This document shows positions 9,986 to 20,120 of a stretch of DNA of 64,000 nucleotides, in pieces. The notes beneath the pieces are model-generated. The model ran no database searches and had not been told where the DNA came from. It worked only from the letters and a program-made list of their open reading frames with translations. Location of the stretch: contig CAWEFW010000049.1 of the NCBI GenBank assembly GCA_963808435.1, positions 3,707 through 67,706 of the forward strand. Reading direction: 5' to 3'. The position numbers and the translations under genes are program-made. Each line of letters opens with the position of its first letter. The first letter of the stretch is position 1. The stretch is from an uncultured Actinomycetota bacterium (GTDB taxonomy: Bacteria; Actinomycetota; Actinomycetes; Propionibacteriales; Propionibacteriaceae).

Positions 9986-11380
9986 GTGAGCCAGATCGAC
10001 TACGCCAACCGGGCGGCCCAACGGCCCGGGCTCGGGCCGCTGACCAGTTCGGAGAAGGAGCGGGAGACCGCGACCAAGAACCGGGCGTGGGCCACCGTGC
10101 CGTTATCGATCGCGCTGACCGTGCACCTGTTCTTCCTCCTTCAGTACTGGCTCCCCGAGACCGCCAACTTCCCGAACAGCCAGTGGTGGATGACCCAGCT
10201 CGCTCCGCTGGCCTCGCCCTGGCTGACCAGCCGGGGCGAGCCGCAGGTGCCGGCCCAGTACGAGTCGGGTCTGGCCCCAGCGGTGATGCTGGTCGCCGGG
10301 TTCTTCCTGGTCACGCTGTCCCGGAGCCCCAAGTGGTGGGCCCGGGTGGGCATCCTGGTGCCGGCCGCCGTGGGCGGCCTGGCCAGCCTGGGCATCCTGG
10401 TCCGGCTGCTGGCCACCGGCGGGAACCGCACCTCGACGCTGAGCGTGATGTTGCTCCTGCTCTGGATGGCCGCCGCCGCCTACGTCGCCGCCCAGGGGTT
10501 CCAGGACCGGCTCGGAACTCCGCCCCCGAAGAACTGGCGCAGTGGGCTGCCCGCCCTGGTCGGGTTGGCGCTGATGGGGCCGCTGCCCACCGCGGTCGGT
10601 CGGAGTCTCTTCGCGCCCGAGCTACGGGACATGGCGGTATCGCTCCAAGGGAACACCGTCGCTCTCCGGCTGTCGGCACTGTGGACCATCAGCACCCTCT
10701 GGCTGTATCTGAGCGGGTTGCTGGTCGGGGTGACCCTCTGGGTGCTGTACCGATGGTGGCCACTCCGTCGCGGAACCCAAGTCACCGGTCTGCTGATCGC
10801 CATGGCGATGATGCTGATCATCACCAGTGCCTTCGGCCTGACGGCGGCGCGGTTGGCCGGCGTCCGGACGACACAGATCGCCCTCGGCAGCCCCGCGGCC
10901 GAACCGGCGCTCGCGTGCGGGGCCTGGGCCCGACCCCAGAGCAGCCCGCGCGAGCCGATGCTCACCCTCGGGGTGACCGGCGCCGGATGTCGGACGGTGA
11001 CCATCTTCGAGGGTTACCGGCAGCTGTCCACCGGAACGGTGTCCGAGTCGCTGTCGCCGATCGAGGCGCGGACACCGGAGAACCAGCCGATCGCCACCGA
11101 GGAGGTCGGCGCGCTGTACGGGGACATCGTGGTGGTCGCCGCTACCGACCGGATGGACCGGGCTCCGACCAGCCTGCTGGGTCTGCGGATCACCGACGGC
11201 GCCGAGGTCTGGAAGGTGTCCTGCGACGACCTGACGGTTCGCTTCGCCATGGTCCCGGCCGGTGACGATCCCGCCAAGGGCCACATCACCGAGGAAGGCG
11301 AGAGCGTCCCGCAGGTGCTCGTCGGCTGCCCCGGCGTGTCCAGGTCGCTGGACCCGCAGACCGGACGGGACCGTACATAG
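9986..11380 (+). CDS. Hypothetical membrane protein (~7 TM helices plus a C-terminal soluble beta-rich domain)
   Basis: GGGAGG RBS before GTG; about seven hydrophobic segments; C-terminal 'LLGLRITDGAEVWKV' and 'SLDPQTG' resemble PQQ-type propeller repeats. Confidence 0.75.
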   Translation: MSQIDYANRAAQRPGLGPLTSSEKERETATKNRAWATVPLSIALTVHLFFLLQYWLPETANFPNSQWWMTQLAPLASPWLTSRGEPQVPAQYESGLAPAVMLVAGFFLVTLSRSPKWWARVGILVPAAVGGLASLGILVRLLATGGNRTSTLSVMLLLLWMAAAAYVAAQGFQDRLGTPPPKNWRSGLPALVGLALMGPLPTAVGRSLFAPELRDMAVSLQGNTVALRLSALWTISTLWLYLSGLLVGVTLWVLYRWWPLRRGTQVTGLLIAMAMMLIITSAFGLTAARLAGVRTTQIALGSPAAEPALACGAWARPQSSPREPMLTLGVTGAGCRTVTIFEGYRQLSTGTVSESLSPIEARTPENQPIATEEVGALYGDIVVVAATDRMDRAPTSLLGLRITDGAEVWKVSCDDLTVRFAMVPAGDDPAKGHITEEGESVPQVLVGCPGVSRSLDPQTGRDRT

Positions 11381-11412
11381 CTGTGCTCGTCTCCCACCCC
11401 TACTGCGTGCTG

Positions 11413-11523
11413 TTCTCGCACCCGTCGCGCCGGGGGGCTGCCGCCGTCGGGCTCCTCGCGTACACCAGAGCGCGTTCGCTCATCACTCCTCCATCGCCAG
11501 CGGACGCTCCTCCGATGCTCGAA
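11413..11523 (-). repeat. Dispersed intergenic repeat, copy 1
   Basis: Reverse complement shares TTCGAGCATCGGAGGA, TGGCGAT(C)GGAGGAG(T/C)GATG and GCGCGACGGGTGCGAGAA with 24099-24214. Confidence 0.75.
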
Positions 11524-11559
11524 CAGCGAGGACCCAAAGCCGTCTGAACCCATCTCACC

Positions 11560-13917
11560 TCAGCGCTGGGTGACCGCGGCGAGCCGCCCGTCCCGCACGA
11601 CGACCGCAGCCGCACCCTGCTCGTCGGTGCGCAGCACGGTCATTCCGTACGACCGGGCCAGTTGGACCGTACGCGGGGCCGGGTGGCCGTAGTCGTTGTC
11701 CTGGCCGGCGCTGGCGATGGCCAGCCGGGCGCCGGTGGCCGCGAAAAAGGCCGGGTCCTGGCGGGCCGAGCCGTGGTGCGGGATCTTGAGCACGTCGGCC
11801 CGCAGGTCGGCGTGGCGCGCCAGGAGAGCGGCCTGGCCCGGGGGCTCGAGGTCGCCGGTGAGCAGGATGCGGACGCCCGGAGCGGTGACCAGAAGGACGA
11901 GGCTGCTGTCGTTCTCCTCCGGCGAGTCGGGAGCCGGCCCGGGTCGGGTCACCGGTCCGATCACCTCCAGCCCCAGCTCGCCCGCAGTGGCCCGTACGCC
12001 GACCCCGGGGCTGGCCACCGGGATCTGGCGCTGGGCCGCCGCCATCCGCACGTCGTGCACCTCAACCGGCGGTGAGGCGACGCCGCTGACCCAGATCTGC
12101 CCCACCGTCCGACCCCGCAGCACCCCGGCCAGACCGTCGACGTGGTCGGCGTGGAAGTGGGTCAGCACCAGGACCGGCACCGACGTCACGCGAAGCTGGT
12201 CGAGGCAGCGCCGCATCGGCACCGGGTCCGGTCCGGTGTCCACCACCACCGCGGCATGGGCGGCGGCCCGCACAACCAGCCCATCACCCTGACCGACGTC
12301 ACAGGCGATCAGCCGCCAGTCGCGCGGCGGCCAACCCGGCCGCGCGGGCGGTCCGAGCAGCCCCATGACCATCACGGCGGCCACCGCGAGCGCGAGCCAT
12401 GGCCGGGACAGCACCCAGCCCATGGCCAGACCGGCAACGAGGGCCCCCGTCGCCAGCCAGACCAGGGCCAACGGCGTAGTCGGCCATGGCCAGGCCGACC
12501 CCGGCAGCTGGGCCCCGTAGTGCGCCACCCAGATGATCGCCTGCGCGCACCAGGCGGCGCCGAAGCCGCACACCGCCGCCCCGGTCGCGGTGGCCAGCGA
12601 CAGACCGGCGGCGGCGAAGCCCAGCACCGTGGCCGGCCCGACGAAAGCTCCGGCCACCGCGTTGGCGAACAGGCCGGACAGGCTGACCTGCCCGGAGATG
12701 GCCGCGACCACCGGGAGCGTGGCCAGGTGGGCGGCCAGCGGTACCGCCACCGCGTCGGCGACCACCGCGGGCAGCCAACGGGTCATGACCGCCGACCAGC
12801 TCCTGGCCCACCCGATGATTCCGGCGCTGGCCAGCACGGAGAGGACGAACCCGACCGACCGGCTGAGGAAAGGGTCGAGCAGCAGCAGCGCGAGCATGGC
12901 CACGGCCAGGTTGCGCAGGCCGGCCCGCCGCGCGCCGGAGCCGAGGGCAGCCAGCGCGACCAGCCCCATCGCGGCGGCCCGCAGCACGCTGGGCTCGGTC
13001 CGGCAGAGCGCGACGAACGCCACTACCCCGAGCAGACCGAGCGCACGCAGGCCCCACCCGCGCACACCGAGCCAACGGGCGGTGGTGAGGACGAACGCGA
13101 GCAGCAGGGTGAGGTTGGCGCCCGACACGGCGGTCAGATGGGCCAGACCCGTCGCCGCGAACTCCGCCTCCAGCTCGACCGACAGAGCGGCCGTGTCGCC
13201 CACGACCAGCGCCGGCACCAGTGCCCGCGGCTCGGGGTCCCGCTCCGCGACCGAGGCTCGCAGCCCACCGCGCACCCGCTCGACCAGCCGCTCCGGCGGC
13301 GACGGCCCACTGGCCAGGACCGGCTCGGCCCGTGCCCGGACCACGGCGGCGACGTCCGACCCGCGGTCGCGCGGTGCCAGCTTCGCCAACGCGGTCACCT
13401 GGGTTCCGACCGGCAGCCGGGACCACGCGGCGGCCTGCTCGCCACCGGCCACCACCAGCACCGGGGCCCGGATCCGCCAGGTCCGGCCATCGCTGGTCAT
13501 CTGCCGCAGAGTGGCGCGGACAACCGCGTACCCGGCACGGCCGGCCTGTCCTGGCTTCAGTGACGGGTCGGTCCGGATCTCCAGCCGCACCGGAACCACC
13601 GCCCCGGACTGCGCCAGGTCGGAAACCGTCCCGCTGGCCAGCCGGTGGGTGTGCAGCAGCCCCGTGGCACTGAGCGCGACCAGGACCACGGCGGCCGCCG
13701 CCCACCAGGCCGAGCGGCGAACGGCCGCCCCCAGCCCAAGGCCGACCACGCCCAGCGCCAGGACCAGCAGCGCCGTGGCCGTGGCCCAGGTGCCCAGGAG
13801 GGCAGCGGCCCAGCCAGCCAAGGCGAGGGGGACCATCCGCAGGTCCCGGCCGCGACCCTCGCGAGCGCGCTGGCTGCTGCCGAGCCGCCCAGGGTCCGCT
13901 GTCGCCGCCTCGTTCAT
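11560..13917 (-). CDS. comEC: ComEC/Rec2 competence protein
   Basis: 'GLAHLTAVSGAN', 'EPSVLRAAAM', and MBL domain 'CDVGQGD...LTHFHADH...KIPHHGS'. Confidence 0.95.
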   Translation of the reverse strand: MNEAATADPGRLGSSQRAREGRGRDLRMVPLALAGWAAALLGTWATATALLVLALGVVGLGLGAAVRRSAWWAAAAVVLVALSATGLLHTHRLASGTVSDLAQSGAVVPVRLEIRTDPSLKPGQAGRAGYAVVRATLRQMTSDGRTWRIRAPVLVVAGGEQAAAWSRLPVGTQVTALAKLAPRDRGSDVAAVVRARAEPVLASGPSPPERLVERVRGGLRASVAERDPEPRALVPALVVGDTAALSVELEAEFAATGLAHLTAVSGANLTLLLAFVLTTARWLGVRGWGLRALGLLGVVAFVALCRTEPSVLRAAAMGLVALAALGSGARRAGLRNLAVAMLALLLLDPFLSRSVGFVLSVLASAGIIGWARSWSAVMTRWLPAVVADAVAVPLAAHLATLPVVAAISGQVSLSGLFANAVAGAFVGPATVLGFAAAGLSLATATGAAVCGFGAAWCAQAIIWVAHYGAQLPGSAWPWPTTPLALVWLATGALVAGLAMGWVLSRPWLALAVAAVMVMGLLGPPARPGWPPRDWRLIACDVGQGDGLVVRAAAHAAVVVDTGPDPVPMRRCLDQLRVTSVPVLVLTHFHADHVDGLAGVLRGRTVGQIWVSGVASPPVEVHDVRMAAAQRQIPVASPGVGVRATAGELGLEVIGPVTRPGPAPDSPEENDSSLVLLVTAPGVRILLTGDLEPPGQAALLARHADLRADVLKIPHHGSARQDPAFFAATGARLAIASAGQDNDYGHPAPRTVQLARSYGMTVLRTDEQGAAAVVVRDGRLAAVTQR

Positions 13918-14717
13918 ACCCGGACGTGCGGGGCGATCTGCGCGTACGTCTTCGGCCCGATGCCGTCGACCTGCTGCAGCTCGGTGACCACGGTGAACCG
14001 ACCGTGCTGGGTCCGCCAGGCGAGGATGGCCGCCGCCGTCACCGGTCCGACTCCGGGCAGCTGCTCCAGCTCCGATGCCGTGGCGCGGTTCAGGTCGACC
14101 GTGGCCGCTGCGCTGGGACCGGCCGACGACCCCGGTGGCGCCGACCCGTCCCGCACCTCACTGACCGGGTCGCGGGCGGTCCCGATCACGACCTGCTGGC
14201 CGTCGGTCAGCAGTTGAGCCAGGTTCAGCCGGCCTGACCGAGCCGCGCCGGTCACTCCGCCGGCCGCGTCCAGGGCGTCCTGCACCCGAGCGCCTTCGGC
14301 CAGCCGGACCAGCCCTGGCCGGCGGACCGCCCCGACCACGTGCACGACGATGTCCGGGCGGGCGCTCGCCGAGCTCGACGTCGTCCCCGAGGCCCCGACC
14401 TCCGGACGAGGCGCCGAGGCCGCGACCACCACGTCCGGCGCCGCGACGGCAACAGGTCGGGCCCGGAACAGGGCCCAGCCGGCGCCGAGCAGCCCGACCA
14501 GGACCAGCACCGTCACCACCGCGAGATGGACCCGCCCGAACGGCCGCGCCGGTGAACGCCCAGGATCGGCATCGAGGACGTCCACCGGCTGCTCAAGGTC
14601 GTCCTCGTCCGGCGGCAGACCGCGCGACCGGCGGGGCGCGGTGGCCCCGAGGACGTACTGCAACCGGTCCGCGACCAGCGCGCGGACCTCCGGGGGAGAC
14701 TCGACGAGGCGCCTCAT
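13914..14717 (-). CDS. comEA: ComEA DNA-binding competence protein
   Basis: TM segment, SLBB 'VHVVGAVRRPGLVRLAEGARVQDAL', HhH 'DLNRATASELEQLPGVGP'. Confidence 0.93.
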   Translation of the reverse strand: MRRLVESPPEVRALVADRLQYVLGATAPRRSRGLPPDEDDLEQPVDVLDADPGRSPARPFGRVHLAVVTVLVLVGLLGAGWALFRARPVAVAAPDVVVAASAPRPEVGASGTTSSSASARPDIVVHVVGAVRRPGLVRLAEGARVQDALDAAGGVTGAARSGRLNLAQLLTDGQQVVIGTARDPVSEVRDGSAPPGSSAGPSAAATVDLNRATASELEQLPGVGPVTAAAILAWRTQHGRFTVVTELQQVDGIGPKTYAQIAPHVRV

Positions 14718-14766
14718 GACGAGACGTTAAGGACCGCACGACCCCTTCGACCGGGGCCGGCCGAAC

Positions 14767-14805
14767 CTGTGGAGAACCGTCCGGGCGGAGGTCAGCCTGT
14801 GGACA
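14767..14805. promoter_or_regulatory. Pair of DnaA-box-like motifs upstream of comEA
   Basis: CTGTGGAGAA and CTGTGGACAG, 30 bp apart (reverse TTCTCCACA and CTGTCCACA); a similar pair lies at 31195-31234. Confidence 0.4.
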
Positions 14806-15667
14806 GATCCCTATATCCCCGCGGCGCGACCACAACCCCGAGCATGCCGGGGCCGACGTGCACTCCGATCACTGCGCTGACCTCCCGCACGGCGATCGCC
14901 GACCCACCGACCCGGCTCTGCAGCCGGCCGACCAGGCGCGCCGCCCCCTCCGGGTTGTCCAGGTGGTGCACGGCGACATCCACGTACTCGCTGTGCCCGG
15001 CTGCCGCGGCTAGAGCGGACAGGGACAGCTCCTCCAGCCGGGCCAGCGCGCGAGACTCGGTCCGGACCCGTTCGCAGGGGCGGATCTGCCCGTCGGCCAC
15101 GGTCAGCAGCGGCTTCACCGACAGCGCGGAGCCGAACACGGCCGCGGCCGGGCCGATCCGGCCGCCGCGCCGCAGGAACTCCAGCGTGTCCACGTAGAAG
15201 TAGGTGGTGCTTGCCGCGGCCCGGCTCTCCGCAACCCGGGCCACGACCTCCGCCGTCGAACCGGAACCCGCCGCGGCCGCCGCGGACAGCACGGCGAACC
15301 CGGCTGCCATGGCCAGGGTTCGGCAGTCGACCACGATCACCGGCACGGCCGCGTCCGTCGCCGCTCGCTCAGCCGCCGCGCAGGTGCCCGAGATCGCCGC
15401 GCTGAGGTGCACCGACACGACCGCGGAAGCCCCCCGGCCGGCCAGGTCGGCATAGACGGACGCGAAGGACTCCGGGCTGGGTCGCGAGGTGGTGACCGCC
15501 CGGCCGGCCCGCAACGCCGCTGCCACCTCAGCGGCGGGCACCTCGCTCTCCGGTCGGCTTTCCCCGTCGACGACGACCTGGAGCGGGACGACCGTGACCC
15601 CGGCGCTTCGTGCCTCATCCGGCCGGAGCGACGACGTAGAGTCGGTCACCAGCGCCACCTCGGCCAT
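14792..15667 (-). CDS. DegV-family fatty-acid-binding protein
   Basis: 'VALVTDSTS...VTTSRPSP...VHLSAAISGT...EFLRRGGRIG...HVGPG'; ATG 15667. Confidence 0.93.
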   Translation of the reverse strand: MAEVALVTDSTSSLRPDEARSAGVTVVPLQVVVDGESRPESEVPAAEVAAALRAGRAVTTSRPSPESFASVYADLAGRGASAVVSVHLSAAISGTCAAAERAATDAAVPVIVVDCRTLAMAAGFAVLSAAAAAGSGSTAEVVARVAESRAAASTTYFYVDTLEFLRRGGRIGPAAAVFGSALSVKPLLTVADGQIRPCERVRTESRALARLEELSLSALAAAAGHSEYVDVAVHHLDNPEGAARLVGRLQSRVGGSAIAVREVSAVIGVHVGPGMLGVVVAPRGYRDLSTG

Positions 15668-15748
15668 CTGCTCAGCGTAGGACCACCTTGCCTGGGCGTT
15701 CGGGACGTCGTAACGCGGAGCGGGACCGCCTGGCAGGAAGTGACAGCG

Positions 15749-16708
15749 ATGACGGATCAGGCCCGACGCGTCTGGCGCGCCGGGCGGCCGAGTCTGGTCC
15801 TGGTCGGGCTGTTCGCCGCGGCGGCCGGGGTCGTCATCCCGGTGCTCGCCTACCTGATCTACCGCAGTGAAGGCTCGCCCTGGATCCCGGCCCTGCTGAT
15901 CGCCCTCACCCTGCTGGCGCTTGCGTACGCGTGGCGGTTCGGCCTGCACCCGCGGCTGGTGGCCACCGATGCCGGCATCGAGGTGGTCAACCCGCTGCGC
16001 AAGACCATGATCGACTGGTACGACATCACCACGATCGCGCCCGGGGAGAACGGGCTGGTGATCGCAACCGAGGACGGCGCCACCGAGGCCTGGTGCGTCC
16101 AGAAGTCCAGCCGCGCGGTGAAGCGGGGCCAGGCTACCCGGGCCGACCGGATCGCGCACCAGCTGCTCGACATCGTGGAGGTCGTCGACCCGCCGCTGGA
16201 GGACGAGCAGACGGGCCTACGGATCCGCCGGGCCCGGTTCGACGAGAGCCGGCTGCTGGCCTCGCTGGAACGAGGCGCCAATGAGCTGACCCTGGCCCAT
16301 CTCTTCCCGCCGGAGGAGTACCCCTACCCGATGGCGGAGGTGCAGAAGCGCTGGCGCCGACGGCTGCGGGACGGCCGGACCCGGATCTACCTGCTGCAGC
16401 GGCAGGAACAGCCGGTGGGCTACGTCGCATTCGGTGCGGGCGCCATCCACCATCTCGGCGTGCTGGCCGACCAGCATCGCCGGGGCTACGGCTCCGCTCT
16501 GCTGGAGTTCGCCAGCCTCGAGGTGTTCGCCGACGGCGCTCCCGAGGCAGTGCTGTGGGTGCTGAGCGGCAACGAGGTGGCCCGGGCCTTCTACCGCGCC
16601 CACGGCTGGACCGAGACCGAGGAGCGGAAGAAGGCCGAGTTCCCGCCCTACCCGGAGGAGCTGAAGCTGGTCCGCCGCAACCCGTCCGCCCCGCGGCGGA
16701 GCCGGTGA
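15749..16708 (+). CDS. Membrane bacterial-PH-like domain fused to a GNAT acetyltransferase
   Basis: Two TM helices plus 'GIEVVNPLRKTMIDWYDI'; C-terminal 'HRRGYGSALL...LWVLSGNEVARAFYRAHGW'. Confidence 0.8.
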   Translation: MTDQARRVWRAGRPSLVLVGLFAAAAGVVIPVLAYLIYRSEGSPWIPALLIALTLLALAYAWRFGLHPRLVATDAGIEVVNPLRKTMIDWYDITTIAPGENGLVIATEDGATEAWCVQKSSRAVKRGQATRADRIAHQLLDIVEVVDPPLEDEQTGLRIRRARFDESRLLASLERGANELTLAHLFPPEEYPYPMAEVQKRWRRRLRDGRTRIYLLQRQEQPVGYVAFGAGAIHHLGVLADQHRRGYGSALLEFASLEVFADGAPEAVLWVLSGNEVARAFYRAHGWTETEERKKAEFPPYPEELKLVRRNPSAPRRSR

Positions 16709-17706
16709 GCGGATCCACCGCCTGGGACACGCACCCGTCGTCGCTCGCCGGACAGGGCGTGCTGCTCACCGTGGCCGGGCTGTTCGCCGTGCCGGCAGTA
16801 GCCAGCACCGTGCTCTGGCTGGTGCCGCCGACCGACGACGCCACCGCGCTGGCCGCCTCCTTCATCGCGTACGGGCTGTTCGCATACCTGGTTGTCCTGG
16901 CCTGCCTGCTGGTCGCCCTGGTCCGCGCCCGCCGCCGGGCGGCGCTGGCCGTGCTGACCGGACTGACGGCGCTGCTCACCGCCGGCCACCTGGCCGGGCT
17001 CGGACCGCTCTTCGTGGCGGACCGCCGACCTGTGACCACCGATCCGTTCACCGTGCTGTCGCTGAACCTGCGTGCCGGCGAGGCCGATCCGGCCGTCCTC
17101 GCCCACCTCGCCGAGCAGGCCGACGTGGTGGTCCTGGTCGAGACCACCGCAGCCGCGCAGACCAGGTTGGCGGCCGAGGGCTGGGACGACCGGTTCCCGC
17201 ACGCCGTCGGGGACCCGCGGACCGAGGGCAGCAACACCGCAGTCTTCTCCCGGTTCCGGTTGAGCCGCGGCACCGTACTCGGCCGCTCGAACTTCAGCCA
17301 GTGGAGCGTCGCCGTCGAGGTGCCGGACGTCGGCCTGGTGCGGCTGCTGGCCGTCCACCCTTGCAACCCGTACTGCGGCGGCGGCCGCTGGCACACCGAG
17401 CACGAGGTCATCCGGGCCGCCGTGGCGGACCACGGAAGTGGGCCGCTGGTGCTGGCGGGGGACTTCAACGCCGTCGCCGAGCAGGGGCCGATGCAGCAGC
17501 TCCATCGCCTCGGGCTGCGCAGTGCCACCGACCTGGCCGGGGCCGGCTGGCTGCCGACCTACCCGACCGGCGGGCGCCTGCCACCGCTGCTGCCCATCGA
17601 CCACGTGCTGGTCAACGAGCAGCTGACCGCGACGTCGGTGGCGGCGTTCACCGTGCCGGGGACCGACCATCGCGGTCTGCTGGCGAGCATTGCCGGCACC
17701 CGATGA
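16705..17706 (+). CDS. Endonuclease/exonuclease/phosphatase-family membrane protein
   Basis: 'LSLNL', 'LAGDFNA', 'PIDHVLV', 'TDHRG'; GTG overlaps the upstream TGA. Confidence 0.9.
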   Translation: MSGSTAWDTHPSSLAGQGVLLTVAGLFAVPAVASTVLWLVPPTDDATALAASFIAYGLFAYLVVLACLLVALVRARRRAALAVLTGLTALLTAGHLAGLGPLFVADRRPVTTDPFTVLSLNLRAGEADPAVLAHLAEQADVVVLVETTAAAQTRLAAEGWDDRFPHAVGDPRTEGSNTAVFSRFRLSRGTVLGRSNFSQWSVAVEVPDVGLVRLLAVHPCNPYCGGGRWHTEHEVIRAAVADHGSGPLVLAGDFNAVAEQGPMQQLHRLGLRSATDLAGAGWLPTYPTGGRLPPLLPIDHVLVNEQLTATSVAAFTVPGTDHRGLLASIAGTR

Positions 17707-17715
17707 GGAGCGGGG

Positions 17716-18687
17716 TCAGCCGGCGCCGACCGGTGTTCCCGGTTCGGCATCCGGTCCGACGATGGTGACCGCGGGTCGCGGACGCACGTCCACCGTCAGG
17801 CGGAAGATGTCCGGCCGGGAGTAGTGACCCGTCGGGTCGAAGAACCGACGGGCGGCGTGAACCGCGGCGAGATCGACCTCGGCGGTCAGGATCGCCTCCT
17901 CGTGGCGCGCCGGGCCGGCCACGATGTTCCCGCCGGGGTCGACGATCACCGAGTTCCCCGGCTCCACCCACTCCCCGTTCCGCGTCCGGTCCCAGAGGCG
18001 GTCACGCTGCGGGAACCCGGCGGGTATCTGGTCGATGTGCAGGCAGGGGTTCACCCCGACCACGTAGCAACGACCCTCACGGGCGATGTGCCGCATGGTG
18101 GCCACCCAGCCGTCGCCGGCCGCGAGGGTGGGCGCGGTCCAGATGTCGACCCCCTGGGCGTAGAGGTGATACCGGACGAGCGGCATGTAGTTCTCCCAGC
18201 AGGTCAGCCCGGACAACCGGCCGAAGGGCGTGTCGATGACCGGCAGCGTCGACCCGTCACCCATCCCCCAGACCGTCCGCTCCGACCCGGTGGGCATCAG
18301 TTTTCGGTGCTTGCCCAGCAGGTCACCCTCCGGCCCGAGGTACAGGGTGGTGTTGTAGATGGTGCCGCCGTGCGGGTCCCGCTCCTCGACCCCCACGACG
18401 ACGTAGACCCCCAGTTCGCCGGCGACCGCACCCAGCGCTTCGCTGACGGGGCCGGGGACGATCACCGCCTGGTCGACCAGCAGGGCGTACCACTCGTCGT
18501 CACCGTCCCAGATCGGAACGGTGTCGATCCAGATCGGGGTGCCCGGGATGAAGGCTTCCGGCAGGACGATGATCTGGGCACCTCGGGCCGCGGCCTGCCG
18601 GATCAGACCGATGGCCTTGGCCAGGGTGGCCTGCTGGTCCATCAGCACGTACGCGGCCTGAACCGCCGCAACCGTCGTGGTCGGCAT
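17716..18687 (-). CDS. Carbon-nitrogen hydrolase (nitrilase)
   Basis: E-K-C triad in 'LPEAF', 'HRKLMPT', 'CWENYMP'; 'FDPTGHYSRPDIF'. Confidence 0.93.
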   Translation of the reverse strand: MPTTTVAAVQAAYVLMDQQATLAKAIGLIRQAAARGAQIIVLPEAFIPGTPIWIDTVPIWDGDDEWYALLVDQAVIVPGPVSEALGAVAGELGVYVVVGVEERDPHGGTIYNTTLYLGPEGDLLGKHRKLMPTGSERTVWGMGDGSTLPVIDTPFGRLSGLTCWENYMPLVRYHLYAQGVDIWTAPTLAAGDGWVATMRHIAREGRCYVVGVNPCLHIDQIPAGFPQRDRLWDRTRNGEWVEPGNSVIVDPGGNIVAGPARHEEAILTAEVDLAAVHAARRFFDPTGHYSRPDIFRLTVDVRPRPAVTIVGPDAEPGTPVGAG

Positions 18688-18817
18688 GGTGGGGCCTCCG
18701 TCCGCCGCCCGCCCTCGAGAGACCAAGAGCAGGACCCGGACCGCACGATACCGAGCCTGGACCCGGCGTACGAGACCGTCACCGCCGGCCGGCTGGGCAG
18801 CCGGTCCGCACGCGGTT

Positions 18818-19144
18818 TCAGTAAAGCCGGTCGGGGGCCACGGTCATCCGCTGCCGGTGGGCCTCCGCCGCCTTCACCACGCGCAGCAGGCTCGACTCCT
18901 CGCTCCCGTCGCCGAGCAGGCCCTGCCGCCAGCAGACGGCGTCGAGGGCGCGCAGCAGCATCGCGCTCATCACCTCGGCCCGGGCCGCGGCGGTGGCCGG
19001 CATGGCCACCGCCTCGGTGATCAGGTCGTCCAGCTCCGGCGACAACGTCACCGGATGTTGGTCGGCCGGGAGAACGACGGAAACCGCCGCTCCACTCGAG
19101 CCGGCGAGGCCGTTCGGCTCGCCGGCGACCATCGGACCGTTCAT
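18818..19144 (-). CDS. Hypothetical 108-aa protein coupled to the sigma factor
   Basis: ATGA overlap with the sigma factor stop at 19141-19144; GGAGG upstream; helical-looking sequence. Confidence 0.6.
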   Translation of the reverse strand: MNGPMVAGEPNGLAGSSGAAVSVVLPADQHPVTLSPELDDLITEAVAMPATAAARAEVMSAMLLRALDAVCWRQGLLGDGSEESSLLRVVKAAEAHRQRMTVAPDRLY

Positions 19145-19920
19145 GACGCCTCCCGCAGCTCCTCGAGTCCGCCGATCATGGTGCGCAGCCGCCGCAGGGT
19201 GCGGGCCAGCAGCCGAGAGACCTGCATCTGGCTGGTCCCGATCCGGTCGGCGATGTCGGACTGGGAGCGTTCCTCGTAGAAGCGCAGCACCAGCAGCCGG
19301 CGCTCCTCGGGAGCGAGCTGGCACCACACCCGGGCCAGCATCAACCGGTTCTCACACTGGCTGATCTCGTCCGGGCGACCATCATCCACCGACCCGCGGG
19401 GGCCGACCGCGTCCAGGGAGTCCGAATGGTAGCCCTGGTTCGCACACATCGCTTCGCGGACCGCGTCGAGGGAGGCGCCCAGGCTGGCGGCCAGCTCCCG
19501 GTCCGAGGGTACGGTCCGTAACCGCTGGGTGAGGTCGGGCCATTGCTGGCGCATCTGCGCAGACAGCTCCTGGGTGCGACGAGGTGGCCGGACCAGCCAG
19601 CCGTGGTCGCGGAAGTGGCGCTTCAGGACGCCAGTGATCGTCGGCACCGCGAACGCGGTGAACGGCCCGTGCTCGGGGTCATAGCGATGGACAGCCTGTA
19701 CCAACCCCGTCCGGGCGACTTGCTGCAGGTCATCGATGTCCTCACTGGGCCGGCGGAACCGCCGAGCCAGCGCGTCGGCCAGCCACAGATGGCTGTTCAC
19801 GACCTGCTCATGAATTCGGTCTCGCTCGTCCGGATCGCAGCTCTGTGCGATCCGTAACCGCTCCCGCGTCTGCTCGCCCAACGCATCGCGGTCGGCGGCC
19901 ACCTCAGCGGTCAACGTCAT
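19141..19920 (-). CDS. SigB/SigF/SigG-family RNA polymerase sigma factor
   Basis: 'DDLQQVARTGLVQAVHRYDP...FAVPTITGVLKRHFRD..W.VRPPRR'; region 4 'SQSDIADRIGTSQMQVSRLL'. Confidence 0.93.
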   Translation of the reverse strand: MTLTAEVAADRDALGEQTRERLRIAQSCDPDERDRIHEQVVNSHLWLADALARRFRRPSEDIDDLQQVARTGLVQAVHRYDPEHGPFTAFAVPTITGVLKRHFRDHGWLVRPPRRTQELSAQMRQQWPDLTQRLRTVPSDRELAASLGASLDAVREAMCANQGYHSDSLDAVGPRGSVDDGRPDEISQCENRLMLARVWCQLAPEERRLLVLRFYEERSQSDIADRIGTSQMQVSRLLARTLRRLRTMIGGLEELREAS

Positions 19921-20120
19921 GTGCGCTCCCCTACCAGATCAGCCTGGAGTGGCGCGCTGCTGGACCACTTGTTCCACCCGACCACCCCGCCCGAGGTGGG
20001 ACAAGCCGGGAAGCGACGTGATCACTTGACAATCGGCCAGCCCGGCGTAGCCGTGTGCCCCGGGCATCACCGACGATGACCAGGCGCTGGACGGCGGTAC
20101 TCGCGGTGTTGGGTGGCACA

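Noticed and set aside
11560-15667. degV-comEA-comEC as a novel system
   Set aside because: Well-known conserved actinobacterial arrangement; only the interruption before holA and the upstream motif are notable.
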